From contig CAIIXF020000001.1 in the NCBI GenBank assembly GCA_903813345.2, positions 30,938,001 to 31,002,000 on the forward strand: a stretch of 64,000 nucleotides of DNA, in the 5' to 3' direction. The DNA comes from Owenia fusiformis (lineage: Eukaryota). Numbering within the stretch: position 1 is the first letter of the stretch; the number at the start of each line of letters is the position of its first letter. The position numbers and the translations under genes are program-made. The notes beneath the pieces were generated by a model. The model saw only the letters and a program-made list of their open reading frames with translations. It was not told where the DNA came from and did not search any database. Shown here one piece after another: positions 15,201 through 30,200 of this stretch.

Positions 15201-18200
15201 CTATTTAGTAGCTTTATAAATAATTTCAGGTGTACTTTGTTGTAAAAGCCTATATTATTGTTAACAGTAGTAATATGTGATAATTTTGTAAAAGGAAATC
15301 AGCAAAAACTCATAATCACTTTTTTATTGTCGGCCATTTTAGATTTTTCCATCCTAAAATCTTGTCTGTAAAGTCTTGTCTACGCATTTTCAGGTGAACC
15401 GTTTGGTAGATCAATTTCAAATTTTCAGGGATGATTCTTAGTATGAAAATCTAGATCTGATTAGTTTTTGGGCATTCTGGGTAAATGTCAAGGCAGCCAT
15501 TTTGGATTTTCCGTCCTAAAATCTTGTCTGTAAAGTCTTGTCTACGCATTTCCAGGTGAACTGTTTGGTAGATCAATTTCAAATTTTCAGGGATGATTCT
15601 TAGTATGAAAATTTAGATCTGATTAGTTTTTTGGCATTCTGGATAAATGTCAAGGCAGCCATTTTGGATTTTCCATCTTAAAATCTTGCCCGTAAAGTCT
15701 TGTCTACGCATTTTTAGGTGAACTGTGTGGTAGATCAATTTCACATTTTCAGGGATGATTCTTAGTATGAAAATCTAGATCTGATTAGTTTTTGAGCATT
15801 CTGGGTAAATTTTAAGGTGGCCATTTTGGATATTCCCTCCTCAAATTGTGTCGGTAAAGTCTTGTCTACTCATTTTTGGCTCACACAGTAAGCCTATGGG
15901 ATTGACCAGGCGCCCGTCCGTCCGTTGGTCCGTCCGTCCGTTGGTCCGTCCGTCCGTTGGTCCGTCCGTCCGTCCGTCAACATTGGCCGCACAAATTAAA
16001 ACTGCTATTCAGATTGAGTCATATCCACATTCATTTTATGCATATCCATAATGCCTATTTGACCTATCATCGCCATTGCCCAAGTTCGCCCAGTTTCCGA
16101 GAAATTGCGGATTTTGACGTCAAAAAGTCTAATTTTCTGTAAATACTAGACACTTTGTTGAAGTAGAACTTTCAAATAACTTTTAGTAGTTGGTGTATAT
16201 GCAACTTATGTCTTCTGAAGATTTCAAAGCTCTTGGAATTACGGTTTTTGGTGTTTACTCTATAAAATTTGAAAAAAAGTAGGACTTTGTCATTTTCAGG
16301 AAACTTTCTCATGTATAAAGTCAATGGCAGGTTTTGCGATTGACAAGATTCTTAAAGTTTGCCTTATACTTGATTATTTCCTGCAATAAATTACATCATT
16401 AATAGATTTAAGCATTCCCTACATATTTCTCAATATATGTCAGCATCAAATTTTTACCGTTTTTGAGATATTTGACGTCAAAAAACAGTAAAAATAAGTT
16501 ATTTTTCAACTTGCTTCAATTTGACCAAAGTTTTTTTGAAAATCATCTACAAGTTGCCAGGAGTTCAAATCTGACATTAGTTTTAGGATTTGACCTTTAC
16601 TTGACCTTCAGTGACCTTCGAAAGGTCAAAAAAGTTGATTTTTCAAATTGATTTTTGGATGTAAATTTTGGTCAGCTTAATCACAAAAGACCTTACTGAG
16701 CTCTGAATAAGTAAAATTTTCAAGGTCAAAGGTCATCAAACTAGGTCACACAACTATGCTATCTAAGTTTCTCAAAGTTCGAGACTACAAATCCAAGTCA
16801 ATATTTTTGTTTGAAAGTCAGGATATAAATTCCTCTGAAGGTTCCAAACTGTGTGAGCACAGGACCGTGGGTCCTTCATTAGGATAACCATTTGACGGGA
16901 TCACCCAAAGGTGGGGACATTTTGTACACATTTGTGTTCTTGTAGTAAATTGTTTTTACAAAGAAACAGAAAAACTCAATTTTTCCACTCATCCTTTTTA
17001 TCATTTTAAAAATTTAAGATTTAAATGTATCCAGGCATATTGGCCCATATTTTCTCACTCTTACTCCAAGGACATTCGAACGGTAAAAGGCACAAAACTA
17101 CCAAAAACATATTGTATTAAAAGTTATTTCTTTCTACTTTTGCAGAGTCAGCCCAAAGAAAGAAGATGACCAGGTTTTCCATGCTAAGCCAGTGAAGCAC
17201 AAAAGAACAACCAGACAAGTAGACCTGGATAAAGGTAAGTATCCTTGAGAATATCAACCAGCCTCTACTCATTTCATGCTACAATGCTATTAATTAAAGG
17301 TGTGTTCTGTCCATTAATCCATCTTCATTGGAGGTCCATGTAAGTTAATACCATTCAGTTAATTCCATTGATTAGTTCTGGATTTTTTTTAGTTTGAACA
17401 AGCTCTCAAATTCACATGCTTTATTCTGCCTCTCAAGTATTTTTATTTCACCATCACTAGTAGTAACATATTGTTATAGTCTCCAACTTTTTTGTGGATG
17501 ATGTTTGGTGGACATGGGTTGGTATTTGGTGGTCTGCATCTGTAACAAAAGGCAGGTGGTGACATTTTGAATTTTAGTGCCTTGTGTTATGCTTTGTTAT
17601 GTGTATGATATTGACTTTTTTATATTTCTTTGTAAGAATATATATATGTTTTATGACAATTTACTGTGTTGTTGTGGATAATGTTGTGCAGTGGTTTAGG
17701 CAAGGATGCAAACAATGTTGAGGAGACCTTAAACTCCACTGGTACATTGTTCCCCCGGGGGGTTCACTATATATAAACCTTGACGGGGATCTTCGGCGCA
17801 TGTGGGTTACCTTTTTCAACGTTTGGTATGGCAATGGACCCATATTTTAGGATTTGGTATGGGAATGCCCGGAAATTTCTGACTTCTGAGGTATGGCAAT
17901 GGTCGGACTTTTGCTCTTCTGGTATGAGAATGGTCGTTGTAGATTCTGATACGTTGATACATGTGACTTCCTAGCTAACCCTTTAATATCCATATTTTAC
18001 TGATGTATCAATCCATCAAATTAAATAGTAGCCAATATTTCAAAATTTGCCCAATTTGCCAAATTAAAGCAGTACAGTAAGTCTAGTCAACTATCTAAGG
18101 TTGAATCTCATTTTTATTTTCTAGTATCATGCATTCTAAGACTGATGTATTGACTAGAAATTGGGCCAAAGATAAGAGTAAGATGTTAAAAATATTAACT

Positions 18201-21200
18201 GAATCCGAACATTTTATGTGATGTATCTCTATGAGTAAAAGTGTGAGTCGTGTTATTTTGGTCATTTATGACCCCAACTACAGTATGGCATTTGTCCTTG
18301 ATTTGACGTATGGCGATTGGTCCTGTATTTGCACTATGACATTGATCCTATATTTCATTTACTTTGAATTAAGGTATGGCATTGGTCCCATATTTGGACA
18401 TTTGGTATGGCATTGGTCCTACATTTTGACATTTGGTATGGCATTGGTCCCATAATTGGGCATTTGGTATGGCATTGGTCCTATATTTGGACATTTGGTA
18501 TGGCATTGGTCCTATATTTGGACATTTGGTATGGCCTTTGGGCGTTATTTTGGTTGGTATGGGAACATATTGAAATTTGACAGATTGGTATGGGAACATA
18601 TTGATATTTGAGGCTTCAGCCTAGGACCCCCGTCGAGTTTTATATACAGTGAACCCCCCGGGATTGTTCCTATGTATTATTGTTTGCTATCAAGACAAAG
18701 CAAATATTCTGTGTATTATCAAGGCATGGTAGAGGCTAGAATGCCAGAATGAAATTGTATATGTTTATTTTAGATGAAGGAGGAGTGTTCAAGTCAATGC
18801 ATGTTAGAGACAGGGATAAATAATATGAAATTGTATATGTTTATTTTAGATGAAGGAGGAGTGTTCAAGGCAAGGCATGTTAGAGACAGGGATAAATAAT
18901 ATGAAATTGTATATGTTTATTTTAGATGAAGGAGGAGTGTTCAAGTCTAGGCATGTTAGAGACAGGGATAAATAATATGAAATTGTATATGTTTGTTTTA
19001 GATGAAGTAGGAGTGTTCAAGTCTCGGCATGTTAGAGACAGGGATAAATAATATGAAATTGTATGTGTTTATTGTAGATGAAGGAGGAGTGTTCAAGTCA
19101 ATGCATGTTAGAGACAGGGATAAATGATATGAAATTGAAAATGTTTATTGTAGATGAAGGAGGAGTGTTCAAGGCAAGGCATGTTAGAGACAGGGATAAA
19201 TGATATGAAATTGTATATGTTTATTTTAGATGAAGGAGGAGTGTTCAAGGCAAGGCATGTTAGAGACAGGGATAAATGATATGAAATTGTATATGTTTAT
19301 TTTAGATGAAGGAGGAGTGTTCAAGGCAAGGCATGTTAGAGACAGGGATAAATATATGAAATTGTATATGTTTATTGTAGATGAAGGTGGAGTGTTCAAG
19401 GCAAGGCATGTTAGAGACAGGGATGCCAGGGAAATAGAAGAGTCAAAGGACACAAGAGTAGATCTACCCATAGACCAGGTTGAGGCAGAGGAGATCAAGG
19501 TTTGTTTCAATAATCTTTCTGGCTTTTTTAAAATCATTTTTTGATTTATTTTTGTCTCTAGAGTATACAGATTTTGAATTCTGAAAATACCAAATGTCTT
19601 CTTATTTCAGGATGAAGAGATAGAAGATACTTCAAAGTCTATCTCCAGTGATAAAGAACTTAAGAAGAATCCATCAGATGAGGTAAGACCAAGATAATCT
19701 TATGAGTTTTTATAGGAGTTGGAAGATTTGATAAATAGTTATGTTTGTAACTTTGTATGTCACTAAGGTGTCATATGGCATGGCAGGGGCGTAGCCAGAT
19801 TTCAGTCAGGTGGGGTGTGATTGCCAAAAATGTTTCAGTTTTCAGTCACACCCATCACACCCCCCCCTGGCTACGCCTATGCATGGTATACACTATACAT
19901 GGTAGATCTATATGAATACGTTCTAGTTGTATATGCATGTTCTATTGTAGAAGGACAAAGATCTGGCAGCTATTAAGATACAGTCTGGCTATAGGGGCCA
20001 TAAGGCTAGAAAACAATACAAAGCAAGAAAAGTCGAAAAGGTAGCCAATCAATAGCCTTAGATGTGGATTTTCAGGAATATGTAATGTCTGTACATGTAT
20101 TATGTTACCAGTTACCCATGATATTTATTGATTTCTTTGTCTTTTCTCCTACCTATTATGATAGTTGAGCTGATAGATATCAATTAAAATGACCATTCGT
20201 AGAATAAGAATTGATGTAATCCATTGATCCTATGATACCTGTAAATGGAATAATTTATTTAGCATACGTGTATTTAGATATTTCTTCTGTTATTTTCTTT
20301 CAGTTTAGTTATTTTGTGACTTTTGCCTTCTGATTTAGTTCAAATATTGCTTGGTACCTGATTTGTCCAAAATATTGAGCAGAGATTGAGCTAGAGTGAT
20401 CAATTCCAGGTTCAAAGAATGACAATCATTTAAGTTACTTAACTTGACAACTCCTTTACACCTTCTGATCATTCATGTGCTATTTGAAAGCATTGTGTCA
20501 CGAATAACACAGTAGAGAAATTTTGAACTGAGAAATCTGTTATGAATAGTCATTAGATGGACCAGTTGCAGTTATGTTTTCCTTTATCTACTGAAAATAT
20601 CAGCTAGTTTGTATCAAATGTAATCTGGAAATGGCCCTTAGCTCAAGCTCTGCCAGGGTCTTAATGCGGGACTAAACTACACTAAAGCATGGCTTATTTT
20701 GGTTGATTCTCTTTCATTTAGCATGTTAAAAAGGAGCGTGATACACCCCCAGTTAGAAGTAGTAACCCTGTACCTCCTGTCAAACCTACTGCCAAACAAC
20801 ACGATCAACCAAAGGTAGATTAAGTGTGCTGTATATATTCAAAGATGTCCCAGATGTTTTTTCTATTAAAATAAACCCAAAATAAAACTTATCGAGTGTA
20901 GATAAACAGCTAAGGCCATTATAGTAAATTCTGTAGTAAGTAATGTAGGCTTCGTGGAACTTGTTTTCAAGGCAGTTATCTTGGACCATGCTCATAGCTT
21001 CCAATGTTATCACACTCAACCTCCATTATAGGTCACAATATACTGTATTTGTCTTCAATTTGGCGCTACTTAGTGTCGATTTTCTGTTTTTGGGCCTATT
21101 GGCTTCTATTTAATTTGGCGGTTTTTCAAGTGTCCAAGACATCCTCCCATCCAACCCAATTCAAGATACTCATTGTTAGTGTTGTTGATGAACATTTTCT

Positions 21201-24200
21201 TCAATATTTCTTGTTGTTTATATAAATTTCTTCAATATTTTTTGTTGTGTCTATATATTTAAACAGCCCAGCCATCTTGGTATCTTTCTTATAATAAGCA
21301 TTGCACAGAATGAAAAACATGTCATATTCCCGGGGATTTTGGCGACTATTTAATTTGTTGATTTTTTTGATTCACCAAAACTCAATTTAAAAACGCTACC
21401 CAAATTAAAGACAAATACAGTATGTAAGTAAAGTATACAATAAGTACAAATTAACACCTTGGTCTTATCAACATTTCTATCATTTTGTATCATTATCATC
21501 AATTGTTTCTTACCTTGTTTTATATACAGACTCATGAAATTTTTCTATTAGTGAACACTAAATAAGTGCATAGGTTATACAATTCTGGTTGGAAGATTGG
21601 ATGGATGCCCATCACTTAAAAACAAATTATTTACAGATTGGACAGAAAAAGTATGCAGTCTTACCACCTACAGTACAAGTATTTTCAAAGCTCACACCAT
21701 GCCATGCCGTCGAGATGCCGGCTGCTCTACGCGTGCATCGCGACCGCTGCACGCCCGCTCTTCGTCTGTGCGCCGAGCGCTCTTCGTGCTCACAGCGACA
21801 GCGATTCTACTGCTTAGCTAGCGCTTAGCATGCGCTATACGACCGATGTAGTTATCAGATAGTAATTTATACATGTATGCACTGTACATATGCTTAGCGG
21901 TAGAATTCACAGTGAGCACGAAATGAAAGCAGATTGTTTAGATTGTAATTGAACTGGATGTTTTTATATCCATTATACTGTATGCGGTCGTAATTAATCA
22001 TTGGTTCACTAATATGCTCGATACTTTAAATGAATAAATTGGTAGTAAGTTTATCAGTTGAAAAATCCATAATACACACCAAGAACATGTAACTGAATTC
22101 AAATTGTATATAATCCACGGTGTTTTCTTTTTTGGTAACACTCCGATAGGCATCGCCATCGGGATAGTTCTGCCGATCGGCTAAGTCATCGGGACGGCAT
22201 TTCCGTCGGCACAGTGTAAATCAATGCATTGTGCAACTTACCTGTACATCGAAGGATCCAAGAAAACATCGATGAACTCATAATAATATTTCTTGAGAGT
22301 TAGATTATGTTTTGAGCGGGTAAAAATTGTGTCCACTATTAAGTTATATTCTTGAAACAATTCAATAAATAAGTATACTTAGAACTAGTTTTTTTCAATA
22401 AAAACTACTATTGCCGTTTTAAAAATGTAGAAATCCTTTTATAGAGCATTCTTTACCATAATTTATAAAATAATCTTTCAGACGGGCAAATCACAATGAG
22501 GACAAATGATAAGTCTGTCATTATGTCTGTACGCACACGTAGATTGTACGTTGAAGTTGGACCGTCGATGATTTTTATTCCGACATTCAAAGACAAATAT
22601 ATTTGAAATACTTTCAGGATTGTTATTCATTTGTTGTAATACAGATTGACTGATAGACCATTTAATTGTAATGGGTTGTGCTTGGGATTCACAGAATTAT
22701 TCTATGATAATCTGAGGATATATCAAAATTAATTTTAAATGCGGATGTTTACATAAAAGATCTTGTTTCCATTTCGTAAAAACAAAAATATTGAAGTACG
22801 ATAATAGATCGGATATTAGCGTACCTCTGTGGAAAAGAATCAAAAGATACTCCAGTATGATGATTTGTCATTTTAGAAATTCGTCAATTTGACTAAACTA
22901 TCCCCCGGAACTAGCCTTTCAGGTTAAGCAAATGCGACAGATACATGTATCTAAAGAAAGTTACATTTTATTCTTGATTTCAGGGAATAATTGTAATGAT
23001 AAACATAAATTGCAATTATTATTGTTTTGCTATTCCAATCATATTTTGCGTTTTATCAACTTTTCGAAAAGCTATACGCATATGATACTACAACTACTTC
23101 TGACAGTGGTTTATCGTAACTTTTTGCAAATATGGATGTTTATACTGCTTGTATCTTATTCTAGGGAGTTTTATATAGACAGGACTTCCTCTTCACAATG
23201 TAATTATATATTTTCTGTTTTGTAGGTTCCCATGGGTAAGATACCAACAAGAACAATACGGCCCATCCTAAAGGGCACAGACCCGTCAGTGGCGTTCTTC
23301 AAGTTATAGCCCATGGAGATATAGTTTGTGAGTCTTGCCTACACAGCTGCTCGATACAAGTGCAAAATACACATAATAACCCTAATATAATATAGATAAA
23401 TGTTTGGCATGCATTGTGTTTCTGTTTCATTGTTAAATTATTTGATAACTTATAATAAGCAGATAAGTTAGTTGCTTTTCAGGTATTACGCGGCGATGTA
23501 GGACTGAAAACCCGGGACTGAAAACCAGCGTCACACATGTACATTTTCTCGGATATTCCTCCATAAGCAGATATACATGTTTGCATGTTTTAATTTTGAT
23601 TTGATTTGTTTTTTTTGAATTACACGAATTAGATAAAGTCTTTCAAATGTTACCAGTCTTTGGTGGTGAGATTTCATGTAGGAATTAGAATTAGAATAAG
23701 ATTTATTACGACTGTACGATCTGTTTTGTTTGCATCGTTCATTGTCAGGCCCGTAGCCAGGATTTGCCAAGGGGGGGGGGGGGGGGTTCAATTTTCAAAA
23801 ATTTCCAGGGGGTTCACATTTGACAATTTTGGCCCAAATTAGGCTAAAATCACTAGAGAAGTGCTCAAAATGGTCAAAAACTGCATGATTTTGAAAGAAT
23901 TTTTGGCCGGGGGGGGGGGGGTGGTTCGCCCGAACCATGCGAACCCCCCCCCCCCCTGGCTACGGGCCTGATTGTATAACGTTGATAAAACACAAGGTCA
24001 GCATTGGAATTACAGAATTGTGCGATTCCCTACCTCCCATTCATAGATTTAGTCTCATGGCCATGGTATTCAAAATTATATTTGTTCTGTCATTCTGATT
24101 CCCGTGTCGGGACATTCTGATCTATCGGAGTCTCACTTTATCTAACCCTTTGGTATTCCAAAGGATAAAACTTGCTGTGGATCACACAATGGTGTCGGGA

Positions 24201-27200
24201 GATTAAACCAGTGAATGTTCCGATCGTCGCAACATTCGATACACCGAGAGATTTCACGGATTCATACATGCATACTGTACATGTATATTCAGCACAGTAT
24301 GCATGTACATTCCATATATCCTTCCAATAATAAGTGCTGCATGTATAAACCTGTGAAACCTCTCGGTCCATAGGATGTTGTGACGATCGGAACATTTAAC
24401 TGGTTAAATCTCCCGATACTGGAAATAAGAATGACAGGGGAAATCTGGGAAATCTGAAAGAGTCCATGCCTCCTGAGCCTTATGTGACTGGCAAATAAAA
24501 TCAGCACGGAAAGTGCATCCTTGAATTCCGAGGTTGGGTAGTAAACTGTCACCTTTAATTCAGATAGAATTATCTATCATATCTGTTTTCCTGTTAAGAA
24601 TCACGATTCCGGATAACGAATGAGGGGAATTTTCATACTTTATCATTCCGTTCTTAATATATTGTATAATATATTTGTATTCTGTTTTACGGGTTCCCAT
24701 TGAAATTGGTTACAACACAGGCAATATATCGCAGGTTAAATGAGTGTTCAACAATTAAACATGGCGGTCTTCATTTTATAGTTCATGAAAATTGCCTCAA
24801 GTACAATGTCAAAATCTCAAGATGATTTCTTCCGACCTATGTTTACTGACGAGAGAGGGGTACGCAGTTGCTTGAAGCAAGCATAAACTATGAAAAATCC
24901 ATAGTCCGATAATTAATTAATTGGCACGAATCTGTTAATTGTTTTTGTTATTGTTACTTGATTAGACGGATTTTCAGATATTATCTGCATTGAGATGGCT
25001 GACATTGGTTTTATCTCTGTGTTTTATCTATAATAATTTTTAACAGAGTTAGGACTAGCCTACAAGGAATTCCATATAGCCTATAATTGATTTTAATTTA
25101 ATAAATAGAAATGGTAACGCTCCCGAAGAGTGCATGTGTGCCTGGCAGGATCGCCAATAGAATTGCATGCTTTGTTTTGTTTTGATAGTTAGTTTAGAAC
25201 CTTACCACGTGAAGTATTCAATCCATTACCCTTTGCATTCGTTCGACTTCACTTCTTAAAAGAGAGCTCCGTCTTAGTTTAACTAGACTCTGCACGCAGG
25301 GTATCAATCCATACGCAAACGTGCGTGTACTTGAAGTCTCTGGTAACATTAATTTTTAGGGTTTCGAAGCCATTTCCACCTCCTCCTGTATTCTTTCTAT
25401 GGGAGAGGTTTTTCAAAAATAATTATAAACTTTTGAGACCTTTGGGGATATCAAGTCGCATATCAAGTCACATATCCTTATATATTTTGTTTTTTTTCCT
25501 GAAGGATTGGAAAATAAAAATTCAAACATAGAGAGGCAAAGACGTGATAGTGTGGGAAGTTTTAATATTTAATTTATGCTTTTCTTTCATTCAAATGGCA
25601 ACCCTCGAATATAATTGCAATTGACTTCCATTGCATTTGAAGGGGGAGGGGGTTCAATCATCGCCTTTCTCCAAAGTTTATTTAAAATCGTGCAGTTTTT
25701 CATGATTCTGAGCTCTTTTAACTTAAGTGATGACCAATGTTGTTTAATGTGGACCCCCTGCCCCCATCACTGGAAAATGGCTACGGGCCTGAAAGGGCAA
25801 ATATTGTCATTGATTTCTCGAAAGCTCATAATACACCCAATCAACAAGGTGGGTTTGAAGGTGAAAACCTAGACGATCTCTGTAATCAAAGGCTGAGACG
25901 ATATTTTCTATAATCAGAGTCCTAGACGACTTCTGCTGTAATCAAGAGTCCTGGGTGATCTTTAGACTTTCTCATAATTAAAGTAGCCAAACATCCGCTG
26001 AACAGGGAAATTGATGGATTAATGAATAATCTTTTGTTTGTTATTTTAATTACACTTATTGTTTTGACAAATATAATATTATTTTTGACAATATATAATA
26101 TTTAATATATTTAGTATTATTGAGAATGTAAGCTGGACAGTCATATAATAAAACAAATATTTCGTTTTATCTCAGGCCCTTAGTCAGGATTTGCCAGGGA
26201 GGATTCGTGGTATACCAGTACATGTAGTATCACTTTTGAAAGATGTACAGGTATAATTCACCATGATAGAGTGCAATATTTGCTAAATAATCAAAAGAAA
26301 TAGACATCTGCAGCGGCAGCAGTGCAACATTTTCATATCAAAATTAATAAAAAGAGCATGCTATAAACTGTAACTCTATATAAGCTTATATTATGTAACA
26401 TGCAAAAACAATAAATCTATTTCAATACTGCTAATATAGAGCTTTTTGTCTTCGAAATTGTCACGATCGCCGCCACCTGTAATAAAACAATAGAGAGGTT
26501 AAGCTACACGTTCTTTAGGTGAACGCGTAAAACTTATTTTTCCCTGGGGCACAGGCCCGTAGCGAAGGGGGTTCGATGGGTTCGGGCGACCCCCCTGGCC
26601 AAACATTTTCTCAAAATGTTGCTGTTTTCTGAGCATTTTTAAGTGATTTTGGCCATTTTTGGACCAAAATTGTCACAAGTGAACCCCTCCTGGAATTTAT
26701 CAAAAAGTGACCCCCCCCCATTGGCAAATCCTGGCTACGGGTCTGGGGTATATCTCTCAAAGTTGTCTTTAAATTTGACTAGTTTAGTATAAAGATCAGG
26801 TTTTGCTAAATGTATGTAGCTGAATCTCTCTTAATACATATCTGAAAGATAACGCAAACCCTTAATTATTAACTTTCAAATATAAACAATGAAACAAGTA
26901 ACTGAAAATTAACATGAACGCCAAGTAACCCACTGACTCTTGGGATTCGAAAGTCAGTTGTGGTTGCAAATGGTCGAATGCATTCATTGAATTAATGATT
27001 ATAACTAAATATTTTTCAGAACTGCGTCGAATTCCACAATGCATTTACTCCTGTCTGTAGTGAAGGCTTGCACCAACCCCTTCGGCCTCGCCTCTCTTCC
27101 TGCTATCCCTCTCGTAGCATCCCACTATCCTGAAATGAAATGAATTAAACAGACGAATTTCATGTACATTGTATTAATTGATGCATCATAATTATTCAAT

Positions 27201-30200
27201 CGTATGATGAATTAAATATTATTTACAATTATTTTGAATACCAAACAAAACCCTTTTATGTCATTCTGTTACTCTTGGTATCTTTCTTTTTCACCTGAAA
27301 CATGCTGAGCAGACATGAGATGCCATGGTTTATCATGATGCTTTTATATAGGCTATTAATTATAGTTCTCTTTGCAATATAAAACTGGTATGTTTATGCA
27401 AAACCCAATTGGACTGATATAAAGGGGTATTGTTTCATTATGTGGACTTGAGAAAGGCCGACATACTCATTGCTTCCAGTTCCAACCTAACTTATAATAA
27501 GAAGTTATCAAGATCCAAAAACACGATCGCTTCTTAAACAATACGCTTGTAAAATCCCGGCGATCAAATGCAATCAAACTTTCGCAATCAGGTGCCTAAT
27601 TAGTCTTTTGATCTCCGAAGTTTTACTGGACTTTTCAATGAACTCGTGAGAAGCAAACGCAATCATCACAAACTCAAATAAATTTTAAATAGAGTAAAAC
27701 CCAGGGAAAAAGATCGCGTGGTTATTTGATTTTTTCATAGGAATTTGGCATATTTCAATTTTGAAATAGCAAAAGTCTGTCTCGGAAGAATTTACCAAGC
27801 ATATAGATAGATATTTGTACTTCCTTTGATCAGTGGCCGGTGTGACTGGAATTCGAATCTAATCTGTTTCATTTTTTATGTAAATTGAAAGGAATAAAGT
27901 TTTATTTTAAGTGTTTTAACAATATTAACGTTTGGCGTGCAGCGCAACTTCATACACAATCAAAGAACAGAATACAGGTATAAGAACATGCCTTTTATTT
28001 TCAAGCTCGAGCAATATCCCCGTTATAAACCCAAAATACGGTCCTTGGCAGCAAACCTGTATGTGCCCGCTTTTCACTGTAACTAATAAAATAAATTAAG
28101 TACTGAATATAAAATTCGATTCTGAATAAAAACTTTAAGAACGTGGTTTGCGTTATTCAATTATTTATTTAAACGAACGCTCTCGTCTTTTGAACTTTAT
28201 AAAGAGTAAATCCGATCTGAGATTTGAAATCGGGAATAAAAGATACATACATACATAATAACAAAAGATATACGTTCCCAAATAAAAAAAATAGGAGAAG
28301 AATCTAGATTACAATCCAATAAACAATATCTGAGACTATCAGACAATATCAAGTTTAAAATCCGACAATACGCTCCGGCCGTGAAAGTTTCTGAATTTAA
28401 TAACAACGTATATTTTAATGTGTAATTATATCCATTGATGTTGTAAACTATACTACGGCTTAAGCAGAATTTTCTACTTGGATAATTCCTGCCTCGATAG
28501 TGTAGGGATCGCTCACATCAGGTAGGCCATCATAGGGGGGGGGGGGGGGGGTTCACATAAGTCAGAGAGTGTGTCAAAGGACACTCTTCTTGTCTCACTG
28601 ACCTTGTAAAATTGTTCTATAGTTGCGTTCCAAATGCAGGTGTCTGAAAATATTTCATCTGATGGAGAAGTTGTTCTTGTTCTGGGAGTTTCATTTATTT
28701 CAAAATGGTTCAAGATAAGGTCGAGTTTCCTGCTGTTCTCTTCTACGGTCTTCTGGAGTTGTATTTGCATATTATAGATTTCACTGGAATAGCGTACCCA
28801 GTGTTAAAGGCTGGCCATTAACCAAAACGCAATATGAGAACATCAATAATTTTTCATTTTCATACAACTGAAGGGATAATAAATGCTTTAATATAATATA
28901 AAGTAAGCGTATTTATAAATGTATTTTAAGCGTAAAATCAAAGCACAACCAACCATTTACTAAAAAAAAGAAAAAATGTCAGACTTGGACTCGAACCCGG
29001 ACCATCCACGTGACAGGCGAGGATCTCCAAACCTCGACACCTCAACATCAGTTATTACCGTAAACAATTAAACAGTACCATATAATAAAAAACAACATAT
29101 TAAAGGTGCAACAATGAGTTCAAAGCGGCCATTCAATGATCATGGACCATTTATTAAAGTTTGGATTGCCCGCCCTATTTTCCCCATTTTTTAATTTTTG
29201 TATAATCTCTCATTAGGCCTATAGCTCAAAATATCACTAGGGACCAAGAGAAAACCCTAGAATTGTACGTGTCATGGAATAGGCTGTTCAGAATGTCAGC
29301 CGCTTGCCGTCGGAAGACTGCTTCGCTCACTGGAATAGCGTACCCAATGTTAATAATAGCCTAGTATCATTGCTAGAAACCGTGTGATTTTATTGGTCGA
29401 TTCAGTACCATGTGATCAAAAATACCATAACATATATTAAAGCTCTATTGGGATTTTAAAAGACGTATTGCCGGGCGTATTTTCCGCCCGGGAATTCTGA
29501 CAACTGTACTGGACGAAAACATCGGGAGACCGCTCCGCCCACTGTCTGAAGCCAATTTTTTGCTATAAATCAAGCCACGGGGATCTACACGACCTGTGAT
29601 TTAAATACATGTTAGTAAAGTGATCATCAAAATGAATGTCCTTGCTTGCTTTTAAAAATAAGTTTTCATGCGTTATAGGCCTATACAAATTGAACGGGGT
29701 GAGTAATGTGTCTAAAGACATGATAATAATATGTTACTTCATTTTATTTCATATAATTACTCCAAATTTTCCCATCTCACTCTTCAGAGTTAATGAGTTC
29801 CTTTTAAAAAATACGAATTCGTGAATTTGTTCCATCGTATGTATCACTCCCCCTTCCCCGTTTACGGCAACCGCATTCGTATGGTACGTGTACACGTACA
29901 TTCGTATGGTACGTGTACATGTACATTAAACTAACAAGAAAGCAATAACATTAGTTTTGTGATAATAACGTCCCTTATAAGTATTTGTTTTCGGCTCGTG
30001 TAGATCACTGATTTATAGCAAAAACATTGCCTTTTGCACGTTGGTGACGATGAACCTTTTGATTAGATGTCATGATGTTTGCAGCGCCTACTGTATTCTT
30101 AAAGCAATTCAAGAGTAAACTTTCTCTTTATCTTGAAAAAAAAATCTTCTAGATTTGTTGAATTTTCTTGCAGAAATCGATGCCTTATTTTATCCGATCA

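Noticed and set aside
14729..16142. SVRP-repeat ORFs
   Set aside because: Translations of GTCC/GTCT microsatellites in HINE-like elements.
19226..19544. ORFs 19230-19544 (+) and 19226-19537 (-) as standalone genes
   Set aside because: Products of the 76-bp array; only the exon 8 portion is supported as coding.
22139..22216. Tiny CAC..GTG element with an RSS-like CACAGTG end and TAA flanks
   Set aside because: Ends match for only about 4 nt and there is no nonamer; not distinguishable from chance.
28977..29049. Functional tRNA-Asp gene
   Set aside because: Acceptor and anticodon stems do not pair properly; kept only as a tRNA-derived relic.
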